From the NCBI GenBank assembly GCA_905233695.1, contig CAJODN010000010.1, positions 20,623 through 84,622 of the forward strand: 64,000 nucleotides of DNA, given 5' to 3'. Below, in pieces: positions 10,120 through 18,625 of this stretch. The position numbers and the translations under genes are program-made. The notes beneath the pieces are model-generated. The model saw only the letters and a program-made list of their open reading frames with translations, was not told the DNA's origin and searched no databases. Numbering within the stretch: the stretch's first letter is position 1; each line of letters opens with the position of its first letter. The DNA is from an uncultured Lachnospiraceae bacterium (GTDB lineage Bacteria > Bacillota > Clostridia > Lachnospirales > Lachnospiraceae).

Positions 10120-10149
10120 TTGACAGTCTTAAGATATAACCTGTATTAT
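10120..10149 (+). promoter_or_regulatory. candidate sigma-A promoter of the second DUF4143 ATPase gene
   Basis: TTGACA (10120-10125), 18-nt spacer, TATTAT (10144-10149). It is preceded by three phased TTTTATG(C/T)AA repeats. Confidence 0.55.
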
Positions 10150-10182
10150 ATATAAAGCTTAAATAATACGAGGTTAACGATA

Positions 10183-11544
10183 ATGCTTAAAAGAAAAGCT
10201 TACCAAGAACTGCTTAATTGGAAAAAAGAGCGTAAAAATGAACTCTGCCGTAATTGTATACTCATTAAGGGACAATGTCAAGTAGGAAAGACATATATTG
10301 TTAAAGAATTCGGAACTCGTGAATACGAATCATTCGTTAATATAAATCTAAAAAAGCAACCGCCGCTTAAGGCGATCTTCGATTCGTCCTCGGAAGACGT
10401 AATAAAAAGGATTACGGCATATATGCCGAATGTCAGATTAATCCCCGGTAAGACTCTAATATTCATAGATGAGATAGACCTTTGTGAAAATGCGCTTAAA
10501 TCGCTTAAGTTCTTAGCGACAGACTTAAGGTTCGATGTGGTAGCGACGGGGGATCTCGTGGCGATTAGCGAACTAAAGGAAAAAACCGCCGAGTTAACGA
10601 CCTCCGACGTAGATGAATTCGACGGAAGAATCATTGGCAGAGTACACACCGGAGAAGATTACATTAAAGAAATCACCCTCTATCCCCTAGACTTCGAAGA
10701 ATTCCTGTGGGCAAGCGGGTTCGACGAGAAATCACTTCAAAGCTTAAAGGAATACATGGATTCCGGCGAGCTTATCCCCCAAGGTCTTCACAGGAAGTAC
10801 GAGAATCTTTTCAGAGAGTACCTGGTTGTGGGGGGAATGCCGGAAGTAGTTAATGATTTTACTAATTACAAGGACTACGCCAGGGTAACACATTTACAAG
10901 AGAAGATAATAGACCGGTACTACGGTGACATAGAAGAAAAGGCAAAAGGAAAGCAGAAAAAGCTTGTTAAGAAGTGCTACGACTCCATACCGAAGCAACT
11001 TAGCAGTGAACTTAAGAAGTTCAAATACTCACGTGTTGAGAAGGGACAGACTAAGAGAAAATACGGTAAAAGCGTGGATTATCTTACGAAAGGCGGCTTC
11101 GCTTACCCCTGCTATAACATAAAGGAGCCGGGAACCCCCTTAAGGCAACACAGTAAGGAAAACCAATTCAAGCTCTACTTAAACGACACAGGTCTTCTAA
11201 GCTGTATGTACGGCTTCAGTACAAAGAGGGACATCCTTAACGACACGGTAAAAGGTCACACGAGAACGGCGGTATACGAGAACGGAATAGCACAGTGTCT
11301 TGTAGGTAGCGGATACGGCATATACTACTATAAGCCTGATGACAACCATGAGGTAGAGTTCGTGTTAGAGAAGGAAGATGACACATTTCCAATAGAAGTA
11401 AAGACCGGGAGGACCGTAAGTGTCTCTCTCCAAAGCTACATAGACGGCTTCAAACCAAGCGTAGCCTACAAGCTTACGGGCGACAGAAACGAGACAGACG
11501 GTGTAACGAAAATGCTTCCTCACTATGCAATACTATTCATATAA
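10183..11544 (+). CDS. AAA-family ATPase with C-terminal DUF4143/PD-(D/E)xK-like domain (COG1373-type)
   Basis: Walker A GQCQVGKTY and Walker B IFIDEID. The C-terminal HEVEFVLEKEDDTFPIEVKTG has the (D/E)...ExK restriction-endonuclease-like pattern. Confidence 0.8.
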   Translation: MLKRKAYQELLNWKKERKNELCRNCILIKGQCQVGKTYIVKEFGTREYESFVNINLKKQPPLKAIFDSSSEDVIKRITAYMPNVRLIPGKTLIFIDEIDLCENALKSLKFLATDLRFDVVATGDLVAISELKEKTAELTTSDVDEFDGRIIGRVHTGEDYIKEITLYPLDFEEFLWASGFDEKSLQSLKEYMDSGELIPQGLHRKYENLFREYLVVGGMPEVVNDFTNYKDYARVTHLQEKIIDRYYGDIEEKAKGKQKKLVKKCYDSIPKQLSSELKKFKYSRVEKGQTKRKYGKSVDYLTKGGFAYPCYNIKEPGTPLRQHSKENQFKLYLNDTGLLSCMYGFSTKRDILNDTVKGHTRTAVYENGIAQCLVGSGYGIYYYKPDDNHEVEFVLEKEDDTFPIEVKTGRTVSVSLQSYIDGFKPSVAYKLTGDRNETDGVTKMLPHYAILFI

Positions 11545-11600
11545 GAAATAACAGCGAAGCAGAATACAGGCGAAAACAAAAACATTTCCCATATTATCAA

Positions 11601-11628
11601 GTGACAAAGTAGAAAAATATGTTATACT
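11601..11628 (+). promoter_or_regulatory. candidate promoter of the 99-aa ORF
   Basis: GTGACA, 16-nt spacer, TATACT. Confidence 0.4.
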
Positions 11629-11678
11629 ATAGGACATAGACATTAAAAGTCCAAATCTAAAAGGGGGTGCAATAAATT

Positions 11679-11978
11679 ATGTGGGACAAAGACGATATGG
11701 AGGAGAGACTCAAAGAAGAGGCAAAACAAGCCGTGAAGGCTGAATTCATCGGACAGATTGAGTTAGAGAGACGCGCAAGACAGAAGGAAAGAAGAAAGAA
11801 GAGGTGGAAACGCTTCTGTAAGCTCATCAAATTATGTGTACTTATCGGCATAGGAATTCTGATTGGTATTCATTGGAAGGCTATCGTGGAATACTTTAAG
11901 ACAGGTAAGGCACCGAAGATCCCGAAGGATCACTGCTATTGTCCGTTAATTGAGCTTAAAGACAAATATTGTAAATAG
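11679..11978 (+). CDS. hypothetical small single-pass membrane protein
   Basis: 99 aa. A charged N-terminal half precedes one TM segment (LCVLIGIGILIGIHW). It has an RBS AAGGGGG upstream and a strong terminator downstream. Confidence 0.5.
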   Translation: MWDKDDMEERLKEEAKQAVKAEFIGQIELERRARQKERRKKRWKRFCKLIKLCVLIGIGILIGIHWKAIVEYFKTGKAPKIPKDHCYCPLIELKDKYCK

Positions 11979-11989
11979 CGACAAGTTGT

Positions 11990-12017
11990 GAGCCGAGCGA
12001 AGAGCTCGGCTCTTTTA
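11990..12017 (+). terminator. intrinsic terminator
   Basis: GAGCCGAGC-GAAGA-GCTCGGCTC followed by TTTTA. Confidence 0.75.
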
Positions 12018-12080
12018 GGAAAGATTGAAGCAATACAAATATTCAAGAAGAAAGAGCTGGAATTCTAGGGAGAGAAAAAA

Positions 12081-13733
12081 GTGTCTTATGTAGCGCTGTA
12101 TCGTAAGTTCAGACCTACTGAATTTAGCGAGGTAAAGGGACAAGATCATATAGTAACGACGCTTCGGAATCAGATTAAGACAGGTCGTATCGGTCACGCT
12201 TACCTATTCACGGGTACCCGGGGAACGGGTAAGACTACCGTTGCGAAGATTATGGCTAAGGCAGTTAACTGCGATAATCTTACGGACGGTAACCCCTGTA
12301 ACGAATGCGACGTGTGCCGGAACATCAATTCAGGCTCTTCTGTAAATGTGCGGGAGCTCGATGCTGCCAGCAATAACGGCGTCGACAGTATAAGGCAGAT
12401 TATAGAAGAGGTTGCGTATCCCCCAACAGAGGGAAGATATAAGGTATACATCATTGATGAGGTGCATATGCTTAGTACCGGAGCCTTCAATGCGCTCCTC
12501 AAGACCTTGGAAGAACCCCCGGAATACGTGATATTCATCCTGGCAACTACGGAAGTAAGTAAGATTCCGATTACAATACTTTCCCGTTGTCAAAGGTATG
12601 ATTTCCACAGGATTACCATAGATACGATTGCCATGAGGCTTCGTGAGCTATGCGTGAAAGAAGATATTAAGGCGGAAGACAAGGCAATTAACTATATCGC
12701 CAAGGTGGCGGACGGCTCTATGCGTGATGCCTTAAGCCTGCTGGATCAGTGTGTGGCCTTCTATCTCGGGGAGGAGCTCACTTTCGATAATGTGTTAAAA
12801 TGTCTCGGAGCCGTGGATACTGAGATATTCTCAAGGCTCCTTCGATATGTAATCGATAAGAATGTGGCGGGCTGTCTCGACGTCGTCGACGAAGTACTTA
12901 GGGACGGCAAGGAAGTCGGGCAGTTCGTTAACGACTTTACCTGGTATCTTCGTAATATCGTGCTTATACGAAGCTCTGCCGAGATGGCTGATGTAATAGA
13001 CGTTTCATCCGAGAACCTTAAGCTTCTGCAGGAAGAAGCAAAGCTTATCAGTGACGAGGCGCTGATTCGTGACATTCACATCATGTCGGAGCTTGGCAGT
13101 GAACTCCGTAGAGTTAATAATAAGCGAGTTCTTGTGGAGATTGCGCTTATTAAGCTATGTAAGAGCGCAATCGAGCCGGATGTATCGGGTATAGAAGAAC
13201 GTCTCGAGGAATTGGAAGAGAAGATTGAGAATGGTGTGGTAGTAAGTGCCGATGCTTCGAGTGGTTTTGGCACAGGCAGCGGTTTGACCCCCAATAATAT
13301 GGGAAATGTTAGCGCAGGAATGAACTCTCCCGCAGAAAAACCACCCGCTCTTCCCGAAGATATAAGAAATGTGGTAGAGAACTGGAAGTCAATAGTAGAC
13401 TCAATAGAAGCGAACGCTATCAGGACAGCGTTCCTTCGTGCGAAGCTTAACATAACGGAAGAGAATGGTAATCTCGTAATTCTGCTGGACGAAATCAGAT
13501 CCGGAAAGGACGAGAAATATGCCATCAAGCTTTTAAATGACTCCAACACAGATTCAACGGGTGTGGATGTAAAAAAGGTATTAGAATCCACTATTGAGAA
13601 GAAAATCGGAAAGAGGGTTACAATAATTGTTAAGGAACAGAGAGGTGCCGGTTCACCATATGTACTTGACCCGAGAAAAGACTTTAAATCGAACGTGACA
13701 GAGCAAATGAATTTTGAAATGGATGAAGAGTAG
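12081..13733 (+). CDS. dnaX: DNA polymerase III subunit gamma/tau
   Basis: GTG start. HAYLFTGTRGTGKTT, a zinc module CNECDVC, and IIDEVHMLS. The dnaX-ybaB-recR order is conserved. Confidence 0.95.
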   Translation: MSYVALYRKFRPTEFSEVKGQDHIVTTLRNQIKTGRIGHAYLFTGTRGTGKTTVAKIMAKAVNCDNLTDGNPCNECDVCRNINSGSSVNVRELDAASNNGVDSIRQIIEEVAYPPTEGRYKVYIIDEVHMLSTGAFNALLKTLEEPPEYVIFILATTEVSKIPITILSRCQRYDFHRITIDTIAMRLRELCVKEDIKAEDKAINYIAKVADGSMRDALSLLDQCVAFYLGEELTFDNVLKCLGAVDTEIFSRLLRYVIDKNVAGCLDVVDEVLRDGKEVGQFVNDFTWYLRNIVLIRSSAEMADVIDVSSENLKLLQEEAKLISDEALIRDIHIMSELGSELRRVNNKRVLVEIALIKLCKSAIEPDVSGIEERLEELEEKIENGVVVSADASSGFGTGSGLTPNNMGNVSAGMNSPAEKPPALPEDIRNVVENWKSIVDSIEANAIRTAFLRAKLNITEENGNLVILLDEIRSGKDEKYAIKLLNDSNTDSTGVDVKKVLESTIEKKIGKRVTIIVKEQRGAGSPYVLDPRKDFKSNVTEQMNFEMDEE

Positions 13734-13821
13734 CGACAAACCGCGAAAAATCGTGGTTCAACGATAGATGACAGACTGAACAAGAGTTCATCAAAGAGAA
13801 CAATAACAGGAGGAAACAAAA

Positions 13822-14175
13822 ATGGGTAGACGAGGAGGCGGATTCCCCGGCGGTGGCGGTGGAATGAATATGAACAATCTGATGAAGCAGGCGCAGAAGA
13901 TGCAGCGTCAGATGGAGGAAGCCACCAAAGAATTGGAAGAATCAGAGGTTAGCGCCACTGCAGGAGGCGGTGCCGTTGAAGTAACGGTATCAGGTAAGAA
14001 GGAGATAACCAAGATTAAGTTATCGGAAGAAGTGGTAGATCCCGACGATATCGAGATGCTTGAAGATCTTGTTATGGCAGCAGCCAACGAAGCCCTTCGT
14101 AAGATGGAAGAGAAGTCTCAGGCAGAGATGTCTAAGATTACCGGCGGAATGGGACCGGGCATGCCTTCCCTCTAG
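13822..14175 (+). CDS. ybaB: YbaB/EbfC family nucleoid-associated protein
   Basis: 117 aa. [14 protein letters not shown]......L, and its position between dnaX and recR. Confidence 0.9.
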   Translation: MGRRGGGFPGGGGGMNMNNLMKQAQKMQRQMEEATKELEESEVSATAGGGAVEVTVSGKKEITKIKLSEEVVDPDDIEMLEDLVMAAANEALRKMEEKSQAEMSKITGGMGPGMPSL

Positions 14176-14187
14176 AGAGAAAAACTT

Positions 14188-14787
14188 ATGCAATATTACA
14201 GTAAACAGATTAGCGACCTTATAGGAGAGCTTACGACCCTCCCGGGTGTGGGAAGTAAGTCCGCCCAGAGACTCGCATTTTACATACTTAATATGCCCCG
14301 CGACCGGGCCAACAGTCTTGCAAAATCCATAATAGACGCCCGTGAGAATGTGAAATTCTGCAAAGAATGCTTCACACTCACGGACAGAGACGTGTGCCCG
14401 ATCTGCCAAAGCGCCAAAAGAAACAAGAGACAGATCATGGTTGTGGAGGATACAAGGGATCTTGTGGCCTACGAGAAGGTAGGTAAATACGAGGGCGTGT
14501 ACCATGTCCTTAACGGCACAATGAACCCCATGCAGGGAATCGGTCCTAACGACATTCGTATCAAGGAATTATTCGAACGACTGCAAAAAGAAGAGGTGGA
14601 AGAGGTCATTATTGCGACGAATTCCACTACAGAGGGCGAGGCTACGGCTATGTACATTACCAAGTTAATTAAGCCCAGTGGTATCAAAGTTACCCGAATT
14701 GCCAGCGGTGTACCGGTTGGCGGAGACCTAGAGTGCATTGATGAGGTGACTTTGCTTCGAGCCCTTGAAGGACGACAGGAATTATAA
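14188..14787 (+). CDS. recR: recombination protein RecR
   Basis: 199 aa. HhH LPGVGSKSAQRLAF, a C4 zinc finger CKECFTLTDRDVCPIC, and a Toprim domain. Confidence 0.95.
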   Translation: MQYYSKQISDLIGELTTLPGVGSKSAQRLAFYILNMPRDRANSLAKSIIDARENVKFCKECFTLTDRDVCPICQSAKRNKRQIMVVEDTRDLVAYEKVGKYEGVYHVLNGTMNPMQGIGPNDIRIKELFERLQKEEVEEVIIATNSTTEGEATAMYITKLIKPSGIKVTRIASGVPVGGDLECIDEVTLLRALEGRQEL

Positions 14788-14792
14788 GATAG

Positions 14793-16898
14793 ATGGCGAA
14801 GAACAAAAAGAAATCAAAGAAGACGAAAAAGCAAAAGAAAATACGAAGACTTGTCAGAGTTAATATTATTCTGCTTCTACTGCTTCTCGGAGCTATCGGG
14901 TTCTATTATTTCAGCGGATATGCAACGAAGATCTCAGCAATGAAGAAGGAAGCCCAATCATTTGTGTCAAAGTCCACTGCTGAGACGTTTAAACAGAGTC
15001 AGACCAGTATCGGATACGATACCGACGGGAATATTATTTCTATATTAAAGGGAGATCGTAATTCCTATTACGTTCCGCTGTCAGATATGCCGCCCTATGT
15101 GGAACAAGCATTTATCAGTACAGAGGACAAGAGGTTCGAAGAACATCACGGCCTCGACTATAGGGGAATTGCAAGAGCACTGTGGGGTAGAATTACCAAC
15201 GGTAAGATTACAGGCGGCGGAAGTACAATTACCCAACAGCTCGCCAGGAACATGTTCCTAACCCAGGATGTTACATATGAGAGAAAGATCGAGGAGATGT
15301 TCATAGCATCTTACCTCGAAGAAAAATATACAAAAGATCAGATAATGGAGTTCTACGTTAATAATATCTATTACGGCAACGGCTTCTACGGAATAGAGGC
15401 GGCGTCAAAGGGATATTTTAATAAGAACGTTAAGGACTTGACTCTGTCGGAGATTGCGCTTCTTGCCGGACTTCCCAACAGTCCCACGGAGTACGATCCG
15501 TTCCAGCACCTTGATAAAGCCATAGCAAGGCGGAATATTGTGCTTAACGGAATGCTTGAGGACAGGGTTATATCCAAGAATTCCTATGATACGGCAATGG
15601 CGGAGGAGATTACCCTTAGTAAGCCGGAGTCTGTTCATAATAATTATCAGGAGACCTTCACATTCTACTGTGCAACCCGCGCTCTTATGGAGGTTAACGG
15701 CTTTAAGTTCAAGTACACGTTCAAGAGCGACGCCGATAAGCAGAAGTACGAGAAGGAATATAATGAAGCCTACGACCGCTACAATAAGCAGCTCTATAAC
15801 GGCGGATACCGCATATATACGTCCCTTGATAGCAGAATGCAGAAAATCATGCAGGAGAGTCTTGACGAGGGGCTCGGCGCATTCGGAGAAGTGGACGAAG
15901 CCGGAATCTACGAGCTTCAGGGCTCAGCCGTCTGTATTGATAACGATAACGGCTATGTCAAGGCGATTGTGGGCGGAAGAACCCAGGATATAAGCGGATA
16001 CACCTTGAACAGGGCGTACCAGAGTTACAGGCAGCCCGGTAGTGCGATTAAGCCACTTATTGTATACACGCCCCTTCTGGAGAAGGGCTTTACCGCCGAC
16101 TCTACAGTAGAAGATAAGCCGATTCAGGGAGGTCCCGCCAACGCGGATAAGTCCTACAGCGGACAGATGACACTTAGGCGCGCGGTTCAGCTATCGAAGA
16201 ATACCGTTGCATGGCAAATGTTCGAGCGAATCGGCCCCAAAGCAGGAATTACATACCTTAGAAACATGGAGTTCACCGGGCTTGACGAAAGAGACGAGAC
16301 CTTGGCGGCGTCTCTCGGTGGATTCACATTGGGTGTGTCGGCTCTCGAGATGGCTAAGGGCTACGGAACCCTCGCCAACGACGGCATGTATCGGAATGCG
16401 ACTTGTATTAAGAAGATAACCGACTTCGAAGGTAATACCATTTACCAGAGCGATCAGCAGGAGAAGGAGATATATAAGGAAAATGCGGCCAGAGCCATGA
16501 CTGACATATTAGAGTCTGTTATGACGGGCGGTACGGCAGCAGGTCTCGGCGTGGCAGGTCAGCCCTCTGCCGGCAAGACCGGAACCACTAACGACAACAA
16601 GGACGGTTGGTTCTGCGGGTACACGCCCTATTACACCACGGCAGTGTGGGTCGGCTACGACATGCCGAAGAAGCTTCCCGGTCTTTCGGGTTCTACTTAT
16701 CCCGGTCAGATATGGCAGAGCTTCATGAATAGAATCCATAACGGCCTGGAACGAAAGGAATTCCTGGGACAGACTTCGTTTATCGGGGAAGTTAATACCA
16801 ATGGAAATGTTAATAACAACGGTAATGACAATGCCAACAACAATAACAACGAAGAGCCCGAAGAGGAATACTACGAAGAATATATAGTCTATGATTAA
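14793..16898 (+). CDS. class A penicillin-binding protein (glycosyltransferase + transpeptidase), Asn-rich C-terminal tail
   Basis: GT51 motif EDKRFEEHHG; transpeptidase motifs SAIKP, SKN and KTGTT; an N-terminal Lys-rich region plus TM. Confidence 0.9.
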   Translation: MAKNKKKSKKTKKQKKIRRLVRVNIILLLLLLGAIGFYYFSGYATKISAMKKEAQSFVSKSTAETFKQSQTSIGYDTDGNIISILKGDRNSYYVPLSDMPPYVEQAFISTEDKRFEEHHGLDYRGIARALWGRITNGKITGGGSTITQQLARNMFLTQDVTYERKIEEMFIASYLEEKYTKDQIMEFYVNNIYYGNGFYGIEAASKGYFNKNVKDLTLSEIALLAGLPNSPTEYDPFQHLDKAIARRNIVLNGMLEDRVISKNSYDTAMAEEITLSKPESVHNNYQETFTFYCATRALMEVNGFKFKYTFKSDADKQKYEKEYNEAYDRYNKQLYNGGYRIYTSLDSRMQKIMQESLDEGLGAFGEVDEAGIYELQGSAVCIDNDNGYVKAIVGGRTQDISGYTLNRAYQSYRQPGSAIKPLIVYTPLLEKGFTADSTVEDKPIQGGPANADKSYSGQMTLRRAVQLSKNTVAWQMFERIGPKAGITYLRNMEFTGLDERDETLAASLGGFTLGVSALEMAKGYGTLANDGMYRNATCIKKITDFEGNTIYQSDQQEKEIYKENAARAMTDILESVMTGGTAAGLGVAGQPSAGKTGTTNDNKDGWFCGYTPYYTTAVWVGYDMPKKLPGLSGSTYPGQIWQSFMNRIHNGLERKEFLGQTSFIGEVNTNGNVNNNGNDNANNNNNEEPEEEYYEEYIVYD

Positions 16899-16922
16899 TA
16901 TATCAATGAAGGAGAAGGAACT

Positions 16923-17855
16923 ATGAGATACGGTGTAGGTGTTGATCTTGGCGGAACTGCAGTTAAGATGGGGCTTTTTACATCTAACGGAGAACTTATT
17001 GACAATTGGAGTATCCCCACTGATACTTCAAAGGGTGGCGAGAATATTCTTATAGATATTGCGAAATCGGTATCTGTAAAGCTTGCGGTGAAGGGAATAG
17101 ATAAGAAGCAGGTTGAAGGTCTCGGTATCGGAATCCCCGGAGCGGTATCTAATGGAGTGGTCGACAAATGTATCAACTTGGGTTGGGGCGAAGTGGATGT
17201 GAAAAAGGAGCTCGGAACCCTCTGTGGCTTGGAGGTTTTCTCGGGGAATGATGCTAACGTTGCGGCTCTCGGCGAATACGAAGCCGGTTCCGGCAGGTTC
17301 TATCACAGCATCGTCCTTGTTACACTGGGAACAGGCGTCGGCGGTGGCATAATAATTGATGGTAATATCATATCAGGTCACTGTGGTTACGGCGGTGAGA
17401 TTGGCCATATAACCGTTAATCCCGGTGAGACGGAATCTTGTAATTGTGGGAAATGCGGCTGCTTAGAGCAGTACGCTTCCGCAACGGGAATAAGGAATCT
17501 TGCGCTTAAGTATCTGGAAGAGTCGGATGAAGACAGTACACTTAGGAGCCTGGGAGATGATGTCACAACGAAGGACATTTTCTCGGAGGCTAAGAATAAT
17601 GATAAGATTGCATTAAAAGCCGTGGATTATTCTATGAATATTCTGGGCACAACGCTATCGAATATCTGCCACGTAATCAACCCCGAAGCGGTAATTATCA
17701 GCGGTGGCGTCGCAAAAGCGGGGGATTTCCTGATAGATAAAATTAAACCTAGTTTTGATAAAGGGACAGTATACATAGACGGAGAAACAAAACTCTGCCT
17801 TGCCACATTAGGCGACAAGGCAGGAATGTACGGAGCGTTTTATCTTATTCGGTGA
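16923..17855 (+). CDS. glcK: ROK family glucokinase
   Basis: 310 aa. GVDLGGT N-terminus and the ROK Cys motif GHCGYGGEIGH...CNCGKCGCLE. Confidence 0.8.
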   Translation: MRYGVGVDLGGTAVKMGLFTSNGELIDNWSIPTDTSKGGENILIDIAKSVSVKLAVKGIDKKQVEGLGIGIPGAVSNGVVDKCINLGWGEVDVKKELGTLCGLEVFSGNDANVAALGEYEAGSGRFYHSIVLVTLGTGVGGGIIIDGNIISGHCGYGGEIGHITVNPGETESCNCGKCGCLEQYASATGIRNLALKYLEESDEDSTLRSLGDDVTTKDIFSEAKNNDKIALKAVDYSMNILGTTLSNICHVINPEAVIISGGVAKAGDFLIDKIKPSFDKGTVYIDGETKLCLATLGDKAGMYGAFYLIR

Positions 17856-17923
17856 TTACGACTTTGCCGGATCATAACACATTTCCCGGGCGAACATACA
17901 CCGGAGTTGTTATTAGAGTGAAG

Positions 17924-18478
17924 CTACAGATTAGCGCCGTCATAACCATGAAGTATAAGGTCACAGGTGTAGTCGATAAGCTCGTCAATAGGAGTCGGCC
18001 TTCCGTTAACAAGCCAGCTCTTATATATAGAAGTAATTGTCACGCAATAAGCCTTAACAACGTAAGGATGACGCTTATTCTCGTAGAAGGCCTTGAATGG
18101 CTTAGACTCGAGAAGCATAGTGGTTACATTATCATAGAAAAACGTGTAATCCGTGTCGCACAGGAGCTTCTTTTGTACATCGTCACAGTCATTAAGATAG
18201 TGATAGAACTTAGATATACAGCCGGCCACATCCAGTTCGGACAGTTCCTTTTCGATGGATTTAAGGAAGGTCTCAACGATCTCACGCTCAATATCGTTAA
18301 CGAGGTCGTCAAGTGAAGAGTAGTGAAGATAGAAGGTCTTCCTGTTAATCTCGGCTCTCTTCGCAAGCTCGGTAATTGAGATATCGCTGTAGTTCTTCTC
18401 AAGAACAAGCTGTGAGAATGCTCCCTTAATGGCTTTAATGGTTCTTCTTGTTCGAAGATCGACGCGTACTTCTTCCAT
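17924..18478 (-). CDS. TetR/AcrR family transcriptional regulator
   Basis: 184 aa. The N-terminal HTH (RRTIKAIKGAFSQLVLEKNYSDISITELAKRAEINRKTFYLHY) is typical of TetR. It is divergent from the ABC exporter pair. Confidence 0.85.
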   Translation of the reverse strand: MEEVRVDLRTRRTIKAIKGAFSQLVLEKNYSDISITELAKRAEINRKTFYLHYSSLDDLVNDIEREIVETFLKSIEKELSELDVAGCISKFYHYLNDCDDVQKKLLCDTDYTFFYDNVTTMLLESKPFKAFYENKRHPYVVKAYCVTITSIYKSWLVNGRPTPIDELIDYTCDLILHGYDGANL

Positions 18479-18513
18479 AATAGTGCTCCTTTCCGCCAGG
18501 TGACATATAGGTG

Positions 18514-18530
18514 TGACACATCATGTCATA
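18514..18530. promoter_or_regulatory. candidate TetR operator in the divergent promoter region
   Basis: Inverted repeat TGACA-N5-TGTCA (TGACACATCATGTCATA), with a third TGACATA copy at 18501-18507. An extended -10 TGaTATAAT lies at 18538-18546. Confidence 0.35.
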
Positions 18531-18625
18531 CACTGTGTGATATAATTTACATTGATTTCGAAATGAGTATTATGATACAGATTATACAATGAGTTGACAA
18601 AATATACAAGGGGTTATTAAACAAA

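Noticed and set aside
13076-13819. 247-aa ORF on the - strand
   Set aside because: It is entirely antisense to the well-supported dnaX gene. Its translation is Ser/Leu/Phe-rich and low-complexity with no motifs, which is typical of a shadow ORF.
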